A stretch of 64,000 bases of DNA from an uncultured archaeon (lineage in GTDB: Archaea > EX4484-52 > LFW-46). The stretch is from positions 3,425 to 67,424 of the forward strand of contig CABMCT010000031.1 of assembly GCA_902384675.1 (NCBI GenBank), written 5' to 3'. Positions 28,345-38,606 of the stretch are shown here, piece by piece. The notes under the pieces are model-generated. The model searched no databases and was not told where the DNA came from. It worked only from the letters and a program-made list of their open reading frames with translations. Positions within the stretch are counted from its first letter, which is position 1. Every line of letters begins with the position of its first letter. Both the position numbers and the translations under genes were made by a program.

Positions 28345-28741
28345 TGGTGTGGAGAGTAAGCCCCCTTTTGTTTGGCCCGTCTCTGTCTCTGCTTAATTTG
28401 CAGGACTGGTGGGCGTTATCGCATTAGACTCCTCTCACTTTCGTGAAAGACGCGAATTGCTTCGCGCGCGTCGTTCGACTTGCACGCATGGACGGTCATG
28501 AAAATCTTTGCAGATTTTCAAGCTTTCCAAGTTCGTAAGAACCTGGAAATCGTTTCATCCTTATTCCGGAAACGTCGAATACTCTCATTCTTAACCGGAG
28601 GAGGTATCGTTTCTAATCCGTTGCCGCGCCTCCCGGCGCCCTGGTTTTCCAGGATTAAATGCCTTGCGGCATCCGTGGGGGGACTTTCCTCAATTCCTTA
28701 AAGCGCCATATCACAAGCAGGCGCTCTGAACGCCAACCTAT
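28345..28741 (-). ncRNA. rnpB: RNase P RNA with a repeat insertion; ends approximate
   Basis: Minus strand reads GAGGAAAGTCCCCCCAC...AGAAACG...GGATGAAACG...GTGCAAG...AACAAAAGGGGGCTTACTC; P4 pairing present. Confidence 0.88.
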
Positions 28742-28989
28742 GACAAAACACCCAAAAACCACAGCAACCCTTCCACACCACGCCATTATTACTTGCTCAA
28801 CTATTTAAATTTTAACTCCCCTTTCTTCTCCCAATTTTTCCAGATTTTGAGGCTGCCACGAATCCGAATCGCGCATGTCTTTCGTGTCTTTTGTTGTCTT
28901 TCGCCTGTCTTTCGCTTCGTTTTATAGGGCTTTGTTTACGCCAGTTGATATTCACGAGTGAATAAATTAGTAAAGAGACCTGAGTAGCG

Positions 28990-29640
28990 CAAATTCTTTT
29001 CAAAAATGGGTGCAAAAGTGTTTTACGTCGGATTTCTCAGGAGAAATGGTCGAAGAGCTGGCAGGAAAGTGGCTGAAAGTGCGGCTGTTGATAGAAGATG
29101 CACTACAGCTGAGCGAGAAAAGTCATGAAAATCTCTATGCAATGTGCAGATTTTCAAGCTTTTCAACCCAATGCAGTTGGCGAATGGTTGAAAATGAGAC
29201 TTTTGACCTTGTAAATCCTTTCGAGTGGCGCTCTAGGCCTTTCAATCTTCGGTTGAAAACTCAAGCTTGACCATAATCATATAGAAGATACAAGAAGGCA
29301 ATGGGCGAGATAGTGTGTGTGGCTAAGCCGGGAGGATATGTGCTGATAACCGTAGTCAATCCGCCTAAAGAGAGCGAATGTATGAAGGGATGAGAAAGGC
29401 AATCTGCGCTATAAAGCGAGCCTTTTTAACGATTCGCGAGGAAAGCCAGTATTTATGAAGCTTTACAGACGCTCGAGAGAAGAATATATGCGCGCCATGC
29501 AAGCCGCGGGCCTGGAAGTGCTTGAAGCAGTCGCGCCAACGCTTGAAGAGCTGGGGAAGTTGGGCCGCTGAAGGAGAAAGATGCGAAGAAGTTTGACAAA
29601 GACGCAATGAATGTGAGAGTTAATTTGGTGATTTTGGGAA
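28990..29640 (+). pseudogene. Decayed class I SAM methyltransferase with two repeat insertions
   Basis: Fragments across frames: SKMGAKV / DFSGEMVE...IEDALQL / ETFDLV / MGEIVCVAKPGGYVLITV. Confidence 0.7.
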
Positions 29641-29653
29641 GAAAATGCTTTAA

Positions 29654-30262
29654 TCAGTAAATTGGTGCAGATTTGTAGAACTCGTCTAAGATTTTTAATG
29701 TCTTTATTAGCTCATCTCTATCAATCTCCCGCTTCCTGACTTGGCGGCGAGGATAGCTGAAACCTATCATTTTCGCAGCCATGTGCCAGTCTTTCTCTGC
29801 ATTTTTATTTTCAGGATCATCCTTGCTCAAGAATTGTGAGCCTGTCTTGCATGCGCTGAGTTCGCTGGTTTCAGAGAAACCGCCGCTTTCAATAATTATC
29901 CTTTTAAAAAGCTCTTCTTCATTTTCCAGAGAATCGCCATTTGATTTAGGTATGAATATCATTTCATAGACTGTGATATCATCTCCCGTAATAAAAGGAA
30001 TCTTACCACAGCATCCAAAAGCGCTTTCCTCCATTATCGCGACTATTCCGCGATTTTTGTATTTGTATACATCAGCCCTTACGTTAACGTCGTCGCGCGA
30101 GAACCTGTGCCAGTTGGCAATCGGTTCTATGTCCGGATAACGCGACCTGTTAGTGCCTGAATAGACTTTCACAAACTCGTTGCCTGTAAGCGCATCAAAC
30201 GCGCATACAGCCTTTTGATACTGCCCTTTGAAAGGATTAAGTTTGCTTAGCGATTGCACCAT
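29654..30262 (-). CDS. Hypothetical protein
   Basis: 202-aa ORF. Confidence 0.65.
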   Translation of the reverse strand: MVQSLSKLNPFKGQYQKAVCAFDALTGNEFVKVYSGTNRSRYPDIEPIANWHRFSRDDVNVRADVYKYKNRGIVAIMEESAFGCCGKIPFITGDDITVYEMIFIPKSNGDSLENEEELFKRIIIESGGFSETSELSACKTGSQFLSKDDPENKNAEKDWHMAAKMIGFSYPRRQVRKREIDRDELIKTLKILDEFYKSAPIY

Positions 30263-30286
30263 AGTCTCACATTTATTTAACGAATT

Positions 30287-30978
30287 TTTAAACTTTTCTA
30301 AGCTCCGCGATATATGAGATTGGCGTGAGCCGTTTTATTTCGCCGGAAAGCCCAGCGGCTTTTGCCAGTGATTTCAGCGCCTGCATCGAATAACGCTTTG
30401 GATTGCAGGCCTTCTTCTGTATATACTGTATCCGCAGTCACTTCCCTGACATTCAGGCCGAGCGCAGCGTACATTCCGAGCTGTTCCGGAAGCGCCTTTT
30501 TGCTGTAAACGCTGAAAAGTATACTTCCTTCAGGCTTTATTATGCGCTTAGCCTCATTCAGCGCCTGAATTTCGCGGTTTAAGTTTCCGAGCGTATTGAA
30601 CATAAACAGCGCGTAATCGAAAGATTCATCCTTCAGCGGCGTATTTGTCGCATCGCCTCTCACAATTCCTGAGCAGGGCGCCTTTTCCTTTGCCTTGCTT
30701 ACGTAATAGTGGCTGAAATCAAGGCCTATTATTTTATCGCTGTATTTGCCAAGCAGGCTGACTATTCTGCCGTCGCCGCAGCCAAGCTCGGCAATAGCTG
30801 CGCCGTTTTTCACCCTGCCGAGCAAAAATTCTTCCTCATTTGTGAGATATCGCGCTATTTTTTCAGGTTTTGTTCTGAGAGCCTCTTCGAAAACCGGCTT
30901 TTCATAAAATTCTTTCACACTGCTTTCATTTTTTTCATTTCTATTTTGTGGTAACATTCTCTGAGGTATGTTATTCAC
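30287..30978 (-). CDS. Class I SAM methyltransferase; probable +1 frameshift near 30400
   Basis: ELGCGDG, GLDFS, DESFD, KPEG; an alternative frame gives RYSMQALKSLAKAAGL...ELRKV*. Confidence 0.8.
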
Positions 30979-31067
30979 AGTAATTAAATATTTCCGTCAA
31001 AAATACGAAAAATATATAAAGAAATAAGCATAATATCGTATAATATTCCAAAATCACGGTGACATAC

Positions 31068-31547
31068 ATGAAAGAACTCGATGAAAAAGAGCGACAGTTG
31101 CTGAATTTGCTTCAGGAAGGAACATTGTGCGTCCCAAGAATAACAAGATTGGCGCATAAACTGCAGATTCCAACTACAACACTTCATTCAAAATTGAAAA
31201 AACTGGAAAACGATGGCGTAATCAAAGGCTACAAAGCGGAACTTGACGGAAAGAAAATCGGCAAAAGCATGATTGTTTTCGCGGTGATAAAAGTAAACTA
31301 TGAAAAAGTTTATCACAACAAAGATGCCATGGAAGATTTCGGTATGCGGCTCGCGAAAATTCCAGAAATACTGGAAGTTCATTCATGTTCCGGCGACTGG
31401 GATTATCTAATCAAGGTTAAAATTAAAGACGCGGATGAGTACGCGAAGGTTGCCCAGAATAAAATACTTCCGCTCGGAGGGATACAGAAATTGGAGAGCT
31501 ATGTTTCGTATGTTACGTTCAAAGAAACTTCGGAAATAAAGCTCTAA
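31068..31547 (+). CDS. Lrp/AsnC transcriptional regulator
   Basis: LDEKERQLL...KLENDGVIKGY...SGDWDYLIKV. Confidence 0.92.
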   Translation: MKELDEKERQLLNLLQEGTLCVPRITRLAHKLQIPTTTLHSKLKKLENDGVIKGYKAELDGKKIGKSMIVFAVIKVNYEKVYHNKDAMEDFGMRLAKIPEILEVHSCSGDWDYLIKVKIKDADEYAKVAQNKILPLGGIQKLESYVSYVTFKETSEIKL

Positions 31548-31553
31548 TTGAAT

Positions 31554-32033
31554 CTATTCCCCGCCCTTTCCGCCACCGATAAACGCGATTGCCCCGACCA
31601 TTACCAGAAGTATCACAATCGTAATAACAGTATCCGAATCAATGCCTGCGCCAAAAGCCGACAGCCCTCCTGCAGAAAGGAAAATGAACAGTACAAGAAG
31701 TGCAAGCGCAATGCCGAGAGCAGCCTTGTGCTCTCCGAAAAGCTCCTCGGGCTTTAACCCGAACATTGCAAGGAACACAAGCAGTATCACAAGCCCTGCG
31801 GCAACAACGCCCATTGTGCCGAAAATTCTGGTGTAAAGAAACCCTCTTGCAATAAAGGCAGTAAGAAATGCAGCAACAATCGCGATAACTCCGTTTACCG
31901 CAGCGTCCTCGCTTATTGTTTTTTTGCTCTGCAAAAGCCCGTAGAATACTGCAAGGAATAAGAGCCACGGAAGCATGAAGTCATAGAACCCCAGATTGCT
32001 TAGGGTTGTAAGCATATTTGAAAAAACGGACAT
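31554..32033 (-). CDS. Membrane protein, paralog 1 of 3
   Basis: LGFYDFMLPWLLF...VNGVIA. Confidence 0.8.
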   Translation of the reverse strand: MSVFSNMLTTLSNLGFYDFMLPWLLFLAVFYGLLQSKKTISEDAAVNGVIAIVAAFLTAFIARGFLYTRIFGTMGVVAAGLVILLVFLAMFGLKPEELFGEHKAALGIALALLVLFIFLSAGGLSAFGAGIDSDTVITIVILLVMVGAIAFIGGGKGGE

Positions 32034-32057
32034 AGATATCACATAAGTTGTTCCTTA

Positions 32058-32612
32058 TCATACACCGGGATGCGCAGGAGGTGGCTTTGGTGCCTCGGTT
32101 TCGCTTTTCCCCTCACCCTTCGTAGCAAACCCAATAACCGCGATGATGAATAAAAACACTAGCCCGATTGTTATGTCGTCGCTGCTTAATCCTAAGGAAA
32201 TGCTTCCTCCGGAAGCCTGGGAAAAAACCACTGCTGCGAACAATACCAGGGCGATGAAGATTATCGAGTACCATTCCTTGTTCTTTTCTGTAATTATTGT
32301 TTTATCAAACCCAAGAACCCCGATGAAAATTATCAATATAACCAGCGTTGCAAGTATCTGCGCCATCGAGCCGAAAAGAGTGCTGTAATAAGCCGAAATT
32401 CCGCCAACAGGAGTGAAATTGACTATGAAAAAAGCAAGAACAGCCGCGATTATTGCGTTTACCTGTTTGGCGCTTTTGTCTTTTTCATCACCGAAAATTG
32501 CCACCTTTGTCAGTACTCCAAGAATCACTGCAAAGAACAAAAGCCATGGCAATACGAAGTCGTAGAATCCAAGACGCTGCAAATTTCCCACAATACTTGT
32601 TAAATCGACCAT
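32058..32612 (-). CDS. Membrane protein, paralog 2 of 3
   Basis: MVDLTSIVGNLQRLGFYDFVLPWLLFFAVI. Confidence 0.8.
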   Translation of the reverse strand: MVDLTSIVGNLQRLGFYDFVLPWLLFFAVILGVLTKVAIFGDEKDKSAKQVNAIIAAVLAFFIVNFTPVGGISAYYSTLFGSMAQILATLVILIIFIGVLGFDKTIITEKNKEWYSIIFIALVLFAAVVFSQASGGSISLGLSSDDITIGLVFLFIIAVIGFATKGEGKSETEAPKPPPAHPGV

Positions 32613-32945
32613 TTTTTATCATTCTCCATATTTATTGGATAAAAAAGCCTGGAAACCGCAGTTTCCATGATTTTTTATCATTCTCCATTTTTAACCATTC
32701 ACAATTATTATTGGGTTGAAAAGCTTGACACGAAGCCATCTCGATAAATCTCGAAGGCTTCCAGCTTGAAAAGCTGGAGGTGTCATGATTTTACTTGGAT
32801 AAAAATCATCTCGTTTTACTCGAGGCTTTTGAGGATTTTCCAGCTTGTCTGGAAATCATGCCTTGCGGCAAGCTTTTCAACCTTCGGTTGAAAAAGCCGA
32901 GAGCGCAAGCGAACGGATTAACCTGATGCTTCGGGTTGGAAAGAT
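32612..32945. repeat. Stack of several nested palindromic repeat modules
   Basis: Multiple TCATG..CAAGCTT and GCCGAGAG..GAACGGAT modules; 32612-32730 resembles 55882-55997. Confidence 0.88.
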
Positions 32946-32961
32946 TAATTATCCTTCCTCC

Positions 32962-33447
32962 TTATTCTTTCATTGCATACCACATTACGCCGAGCACAAA
33001 CAAAGCCACGAATATTGTTGTCATAGTATCGCTTCCGATGCTTGCTATTGCCCCGCCTGCCTGCGTGAAAACCAAAAATGCGAATATTACAAGCACGACG
33101 AAAATCAACGAGCCCCATTTGCTTTTTTCATCGCCGGTCAGGCTCTTTATATTTGTCCCAAGCGACCCCGCGAAAATCACGAGCACCAGAAGTATTGCAA
33201 TTATGGTTCCTGCCGAGCCGAAAAGAGTGCTGTAATAAGCCGAAATTCCGCCCACAGGAGTGAAATTAACTATGAAAAAAGCAAGAACAGCCGCGATTAT
33301 TGCGTTTACCTGCTTTGCGTTGCCGCCGAATATCTTTGCCTGATTAAGAAGCCCGAAAATAACTGCGAAGAACAAAAGCCAGGGAAGAACGAAATCATAA
33401 AAGCCCAAGCGCTGTAAATTACCTACAATTGAAGTCAGGTCGACCAT
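32962..33447 (-). CDS. Membrane protein, paralog 3 of 3
   Basis: First 30 aa identical to paralog 2. Confidence 0.8.
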   Translation of the reverse strand: MVDLTSIVGNLQRLGFYDFVLPWLLFFAVIFGLLNQAKIFGGNAKQVNAIIAAVLAFFIVNFTPVGGISAYYSTLFGSAGTIIAILLVLVIFAGSLGTNIKSLTGDEKSKWGSLIFVVLVIFAFLVFTQAGGAIASIGSDTMTTIFVALFVLGVMWYAMKE

Positions 33448-33547
33448 TGTATCTCCACTCTTTAATTGTCACTGCGAATATATAAATCTGCTCGGCGGCT
33501 GCCGCGCTTCCAATAAGCTTAAATAAATCCCTTCTTACATAATCCTG

Positions 33548-34294
33548 ATGCTTGACGTCTGGATGTATTCCCTGGGGAGCGTTTTGCTTATCAGCATGAT
33601 TTCATTTACAGGAATATTTACTTTTTCCATGAACGAGAATACCCTAAAGAAGATATTGCTGTTTCTTGTGAGCTTTTCTGCAGGAGCACTTTTCGGCGAT
33701 GCGTTTATCCACCTCCTGCCCGAAGCAGTAGCCGAGGAAGGGTTCAGCATTAATGTTTCATTGGGTTTGCTTGGCGGTATAGTGATGTTTTTTGTGGTGG
33801 AGAAATTCGTGCACTGGAGGCACTGCCATATCCCGACTTCGGAGCATCACCCGCATCCGCTTGCGTTCATGAATCTTGTAGGAGACGGCGTGCATCATTT
33901 TATTGACGGGCTTCTTATCGGCGGGAGCTATCTGGCATCGATTCCTGTAGGCATTGCAACCACGACTGCTGTTGTTTTTCACGAAATTCCGCAGAGGATG
34001 GGTGATTTTGGCGTGCTTATCCATGCAGGGTATTCGAAAGAGAAGGCGATTGTTTTTGATTTTCTGTACTCGCTGACAGCGATTCTTGGTGCGGCAGTCG
34101 CCCTGGCTATAGGAGGCGCCTCGCAAATTTCGCACCTTATAGTCCCTTTTGCCGCAGGAGGATTCATTTATGTCGCGGGCTCTGATTTGATACCCGAATT
34201 GCACAAAGAAACTGACCCTTCAAAATCAGCGGCGCAGCTTATTGCTTTTGTCGCGGGCGTTTTGGTGATGCTGGGATTGCTGGCGGTCGGGTAG
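33548..34294 (+). CDS. ZIP family metal transporter
   Basis: AFIHLLPEA, HxHxxxxHHxH loop, HEIPQ, DLIPELH. Confidence 0.9.
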   Translation: MLDVWMYSLGSVLLISMISFTGIFTFSMNENTLKKILLFLVSFSAGALFGDAFIHLLPEAVAEEGFSINVSLGLLGGIVMFFVVEKFVHWRHCHIPTSEHHPHPLAFMNLVGDGVHHFIDGLLIGGSYLASIPVGIATTTAVVFHEIPQRMGDFGVLIHAGYSKEKAIVFDFLYSLTAILGAAVALAIGGASQISHLIVPFAAGGFIYVAGSDLIPELHKETDPSKSAAQLIAFVAGVLVMLGLLAVG

Positions 34295-35054
34295 GTTGTA
34301 TTTCTTCTGATAACTCTTCGATAAAATCAGGTGTGTATGTACTAATAATCGAACTTATGATTTTTTCAAGTTTTGATGTCACCTCATCAGTTCTAACGAG
34401 CGGCTCTTCCTCTTCCTTACATTTATAGTAAATCCGTATCCCAATTTCTCCAAGAAGATGCTTACCAGACGGTATTTTGTGCTCGATATTTAAGTGGAAA
34501 CTTCCTAAGCCGTTAATGCCGCCAAATAATGCTTCATTGAACGGTGCCCTCTCAATGGAGTTCACAAATTTCTCATCGCTTATGCAGTCTTTATTCAGAA
34601 CAGCAATTTCAGAATCATCAACATAATAGATAAGATTTTTCTCTATTCTCTGGGGAGGCGGCATATACACGTGCTTTTCAAGAGTGTGTTTAAAAGATGC
34701 ATCTTTAGAAACGGTTAATACTACTCCCCGCATGAATTCTATGCAGATCTCTTTTGTTTTTTCGATTCCGGGATCGGACTCCTCCTCTATGTAAGCTGCA
34801 ACTATATCCCCTAAATTAGTATTCTGAAAAGGCTTCTTTATCAAATCTAGGTAAGCTCGGTCAAGCGCGATAATTTTCGATTTTCCCGGAAGAGATTCGC
34901 TTAACACGCTGATGCCGGACGCACAGCAATATGCAATTTTACGCCTTGCAAGACTATGCCTTAATACCGGACTATCCAATGCTGGTTCAAGAGAGGTGTA
35001 TGCATCATGTCCTCCATTGAATAAGTAGCTTAAACTTTGTTCATAATCACCCAT
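34239..35054 (-). CDS. Hypothetical protein
   Basis: 271-aa ORF. Confidence 0.65.
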   Translation of the reverse strand: MGDYEQSLSYLFNGGHDAYTSLEPALDSPVLRHSLARRKIAYCCASGISVLSESLPGKSKIIALDRAYLDLIKKPFQNTNLGDIVAAYIEEESDPGIEKTKEICIEFMRGVVLTVSKDASFKHTLEKHVYMPPPQRIEKNLIYYVDDSEIAVLNKDCISDEKFVNSIERAPFNEALFGGINGLGSFHLNIEHKIPSGKHLLGEIGIRIYYKCKEEEEPLVRTDEVTSKLEKIISSIISTYTPDFIEELSEEIQPTRPPAIPASPKRPRQKQ

Positions 35055-35170
35055 GCAATCGCCATACAGTAACCACTATTACGTGATTCTTATGTGTAGT
35101 TACGTTTAAATACCTTTGCATTACTTAGGCGATTGTCGTATTATGTTTATCTGTCTGCAACATATAAGAA

Positions 35171-35461
35171 CTAGCCCGATACATTCGCCGGGATTATCCT
35201 GCATCTGCTGTCGATACACCTGATTTCTCCCCGCCTGCAGTCCAGGGGGCCTATGCAGGCTTCTGTGCAAAGTTCTCCGGTGCAGTCAGGGGCGTATTTC
35301 CTATTTACCAGTTCTGCCGGATGGCAGCATGTTGCAGGGATGCAATCAGAATCGCTTTGGCAGTATCTTCTTTCTGCCTGCCTTACCGACAAAACCGCAA
35401 TCCAGATAAGCAATATTATGCCTGCAGCCATAATCACAAGAACGAGAATTCTGTTTGCCAT
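35171..35461 (-). CDS. Membrane-anchored Cys-rich small protein
   Basis: TM segment then CQSDSDCxxxxCCH...C..CT..C...C...C...C. Confidence 0.75.
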   Translation of the reverse strand: MANRILVLVIMAAGIILLIWIAVLSVRQAERRYCQSDSDCIPATCCHPAELVNRKYAPDCTGELCTEACIGPLDCRRGEIRCIDSRCRIIPANVSG

Positions 35462-35543
35462 GAAAAGGCTTATTCCTGCCGCTTAAAAAGTTCCTGTTTT
35501 TATCCGGGAAAAGAGTTGCGATTGTCGATTGAATATATGCGAT

Positions 35544-35711
35544 TTATACGGTTATCGCTCCTGCAGGGCACATCTGCGCACAGGTGCCGCACTTTTTGCA
35601 TTTCTTGTTGTCGAATTTCGGGCCATTTTGGCTTTCAGAAATAGCACTATTCGGGCATGCGGAAAGGCATGCAAAGCATTTCATACATAATTTTGAATCG
35701 AGTACTGGCAT
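35544..35711 (-). CDS. 2x[4Fe-4S] ferredoxin (55 aa)
   Basis: CMKCFACLSACP and CKKCGTCAQMCP; below the ORF-track cutoff. Confidence 0.92.
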   Translation of the reverse strand: MPVLDSKLCMKCFACLSACPNSAISESQNGPKFDNKKCKKCGTCAQMCPAGAITV

Positions 35712-35754
35712 TTTTGACCATCTCCATTAATTATTTTCCTTTCGCTCCGGGCTA

Positions 35755-35955
35755 AATCTGCGAAAATCTTCGGATTTTCGCAGATTTCGGAAATACCTCT
35801 TGGTATTTCCTGTATTTCCGAAATGAGGAAATGCTCGCGCATTTCGGAAACCTTGAAAAGCTTTGCTTTTCATGGAAGCCGAGAGTTCCGCGCACAATGG
35901 TTAGTAGGGCGAAACGAAAGGATTTTTAATCATTCACTAATGCATTGGGTTAAAA
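35755..35955. repeat. Palindrome cluster with repeat modules
   Basis: AAATCTGCGAAAATC-TTCG-GATTTTCGCAGATTT; 35877-35925 is nearly identical to 55123-55172. Confidence 0.8.
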
Positions 35956-35991
35956 CAAGGTATATTAAAACCAAAATATTAAAAAGATATT

Positions 35992-37020
35992 ATGGGCGTA
36001 AAAATTAGTGAAATCGTTACGAAAGAAGAAATATCAGCCGAAGCGCTCTCCGGAAAAACGCTTGCAGTAGACGCATATAATACAATCTACCAGTTTCTCA
36101 CTATCATCCGCCAGCCGGACGGAACGCCCTTAATGGATTCCGCGGGCAATGTCACGTCGCACCTTTCAGGCATTTTTTACCGCAATGTCAACCTGATGCA
36201 GAACAACATCAAGCCGGTTTATGTTTTCGACGGACCGAGGCCGGAATTCAAGCGCGCGACAACAGAGGCGCGAAATGCGCTCAAAGAGGCAGCGGAAAAA
36301 AGACTTGAGGAAGCAAGGGAAAACGGCGACTTCGCCGAGGCGCGAAAACAGGCACAGCTGGCAACGCGGCTTACTCCTGAAATGGTCGCTGAGGCAAAGG
36401 AACTGCTTGTGGCCCTTGGAATCCCGATTGTGCAGGCTCCGTCAGAAGGGGAGGCGCAGGCCGCTTTCATGGTGAAAAACAAGGACGCGTATGCTTCTGT
36501 TTCGCAGGATATGGATTCCCTGCTGTTTGGCGCGCCAAGGCTCGTGCGCAATCTCAACATTACAGGAAAGCGCAAAATACCGGGAAGCGGAATGTATCGC
36601 GAAATAGTCCCTGAAATAATTCATCTTGACAAGACGCTTGCAGATTTGAAAATCACGCAGGACCAACTGATTATTCTTGGAATTCTTGTGGGCACGGATT
36701 ACAACCCCGGCGGGATTCCGGGAATAGGGCCGAAAAAGGCGCTCAAGCTGGTTACCGAATACAAGGAGTTCGATAAAATCATGGGGCAGGTAAGCTGGAA
36801 TTTTGATATCAGCGCGCGGGATATTTTTGATTTTTTCAGGAGCGTGCCTGTCTTGCACAATTATTCGATTGAGGCGCCGCCGCTTGACAGGCAAAAAATA
36901 CTTGAGATTCTGGTTGAGAAGCACAACTTCTCGCGAGAACGAATAGAATCGATGTTTGCAAAGCTTGACGAGGCAGCCAGAAAGAAGAAGCAGACGACGC
37001 TGTTTGGGTTTAGGAAGTAA
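35992..37020 (+). CDS. fen: Flap endonuclease 1
   Basis: MGV, DAYN, EGEAQA, GTDYN, C-terminal PIP box QTTLFGF. Confidence 0.97.
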   Translation: MGVKISEIVTKEEISAEALSGKTLAVDAYNTIYQFLTIIRQPDGTPLMDSAGNVTSHLSGIFYRNVNLMQNNIKPVYVFDGPRPEFKRATTEARNALKEAAEKRLEEARENGDFAEARKQAQLATRLTPEMVAEAKELLVALGIPIVQAPSEGEAQAAFMVKNKDAYASVSQDMDSLLFGAPRLVRNLNITGKRKIPGSGMYREIVPEIIHLDKTLADLKITQDQLIILGILVGTDYNPGGIPGIGPKKALKLVTEYKEFDKIMGQVSWNFDISARDIFDFFRSVPVLHNYSIEAPPLDRQKILEILVEKHNFSRERIESMFAKLDEAARKKKQTTLFGFRK

Positions 37021-37059
37021 TCTGTTAGCTTTATATATTTTGAACGCCATTATTCAAAT

Positions 37060-37635
37060 ATGAATAATATTATTCAAGAATGTATAACCCGAAGAAGGAT
37101 AGTCGAATTATTCCTGAAATATCCGAAACGGGAATTTACTGTTAATCAGATGTCAAAAATTTCAGGAATTTCCTATGCTACCGCGTGGCGTTTTATTCAG
37201 AAGCTGGACAAATCAGGGATAATTTTTGCACACCCTGTCGGGCATTCGTTGGCCTGTACGCTAAATGAATCTGCGCCGTTTTTAAACGAGGTAAAGGCAG
37301 CGCTTGATATCGAATCATCACCTCACAGACTCGCAGCTAAGGATTTTGTAAGGCGAGCTAAAAAACTCAAAGGTATAAAAAAGATTATCTTATTTGGAAG
37401 CGTATCGAAGGGAACTGAAAAATTAAGAAGCGATGTGGATATTGCCGTTGTTGTTGATAGAGCTTATAAATATTTAGACAATATGACTACAATAATATCC
37501 GGAGAAATTTTAGAAAAATCAAAGATGCAGGTTACACCTATAGTATTAACTGAAAAAGAATATTGGGAAAACGCGCAATTTGCCGGAGAGCTTGAAAAGG
37601 GGATAATTTTGTATGAAAGAGATAAAAGAAGCTGA
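37060..37635 (+). CDS. wHTH-MNT nucleotidyltransferase
   Basis: N-terminal HTH; LFGSVSKG...SDVDIA. Confidence 0.85.
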   Translation: MNNIIQECITRRRIVELFLKYPKREFTVNQMSKISGISYATAWRFIQKLDKSGIIFAHPVGHSLACTLNESAPFLNEVKAALDIESSPHRLAAKDFVRRAKKLKGIKKIILFGSVSKGTEKLRSDVDIAVVVDRAYKYLDNMTTIISGEILEKSKMQVTPIVLTEKEYWENAQFAGELEKGIILYERDKRS

Positions 37636-37998
37636 ATTTTGGCTCGTAAGTGCAAAAAATTGCTATGGTCCGAACCGGAAGATAGCGAGAAATATACGGT
37701 AGCAGTAGCGCAATCAATACATTCGATAATACGAATAAATGATGCATTGGTTGCAAAATTCCTGAACAAGATAGTTGAAAAACATGACGATGCGCCTGAG
37801 CTATTTTTGGAGATTATCCGCCGAAATGCAATCCCGGCAAAGTTTGCTGATTTCAGGAATACCGTAATCAACCCGGCAGTCAAACTAAAGTCAAAGGTAG
37901 ATTACAAAGGCTATTACAGCAGCAAATCCGATGCCGAGCGCTGGATTCGCAATGCCCAGAAGTTTTTGGATGCAGCAAAGGAATGCTTGAATTGTTAG
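37613..37998 (+). CDS. HEPN-like protein, frameshifted at the A6 run near 37654-37659
   Basis: MKEIKEAEFWLVSAK continues as KLL... in another frame; KSKVDY...DAERWIRNAQKF. Confidence 0.7.
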
Positions 37999-38041
37999 TT
38001 TCCTGCTTATCTTTTTAAAGAAATTACGCATATTTAGTTGT

Positions 38042-38605
38042 ATGCCGAAAGATTTCCACCATTTCAAGGGAAAGGGATTATCGCGCTCCGAGAAGCTGCA
38101 GCGCAAAGTGACCGAACTGATTCTTGAAAGCAAGATTCCTGATGAGGCGCGCGAAAATTCAAAAATATGGGAACTGAAGCATTCTGCAGGGTGCTGCCAG
38201 ATTGGAAGAATCCTGGCACAGAAAAGAGATCTTGATGTCGAGCTTTCGGAAATCATATGCACACTTCATGATATCTATGCAATTATTGAAGGAAAGTACA
38301 AGGAGCACGCAAAAAGAGGTGCGCAAATCGCCAAAAAGATGCTCATCAATTCTGGAGACTTTAAGCCAGAGGAAATAGAGATTATCACCGAAGCAATAGC
38401 GCAGCATAGCGAAAAAGAGGTATTTACCAATAAGCCTTTTGTTGAGCTGATAAAGGATGTCGATGCATTTGATTGCTCATTGTATGAGAACTCTGAGGCG
38501 TATTATCTTTTGCACAAACCTAAAGAGGTTTACGAGCAGTACGCAAAGCGAATCAAAAATGTACGAAAGGAACTTGATCTAAAAGCGAATAATGTCTTTA
38601 GGTGA
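38042..38605 (+). CDS. HD domain protein
   Basis: H...LHD...HA...HS...DVD motifs. Confidence 0.85.
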   Translation: MPKDFHHFKGKGLSRSEKLQRKVTELILESKIPDEARENSKIWELKHSAGCCQIGRILAQKRDLDVELSEIICTLHDIYAIIEGKYKEHAKRGAQIAKKMLINSGDFKPEEIEIITEAIAQHSEKEVFTNKPFVELIKDVDAFDCSLYENSEAYYLLHKPKEVYEQYAKRIKNVRKELDLKANNVFR

Positions 38606-38606
38606 T

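Noticed and set aside
28005-29607. Short ORFs listed across 28005-29607
   Set aside because: Explained by repeats, RNase P RNA on the minus strand and a methyltransferase pseudogene.
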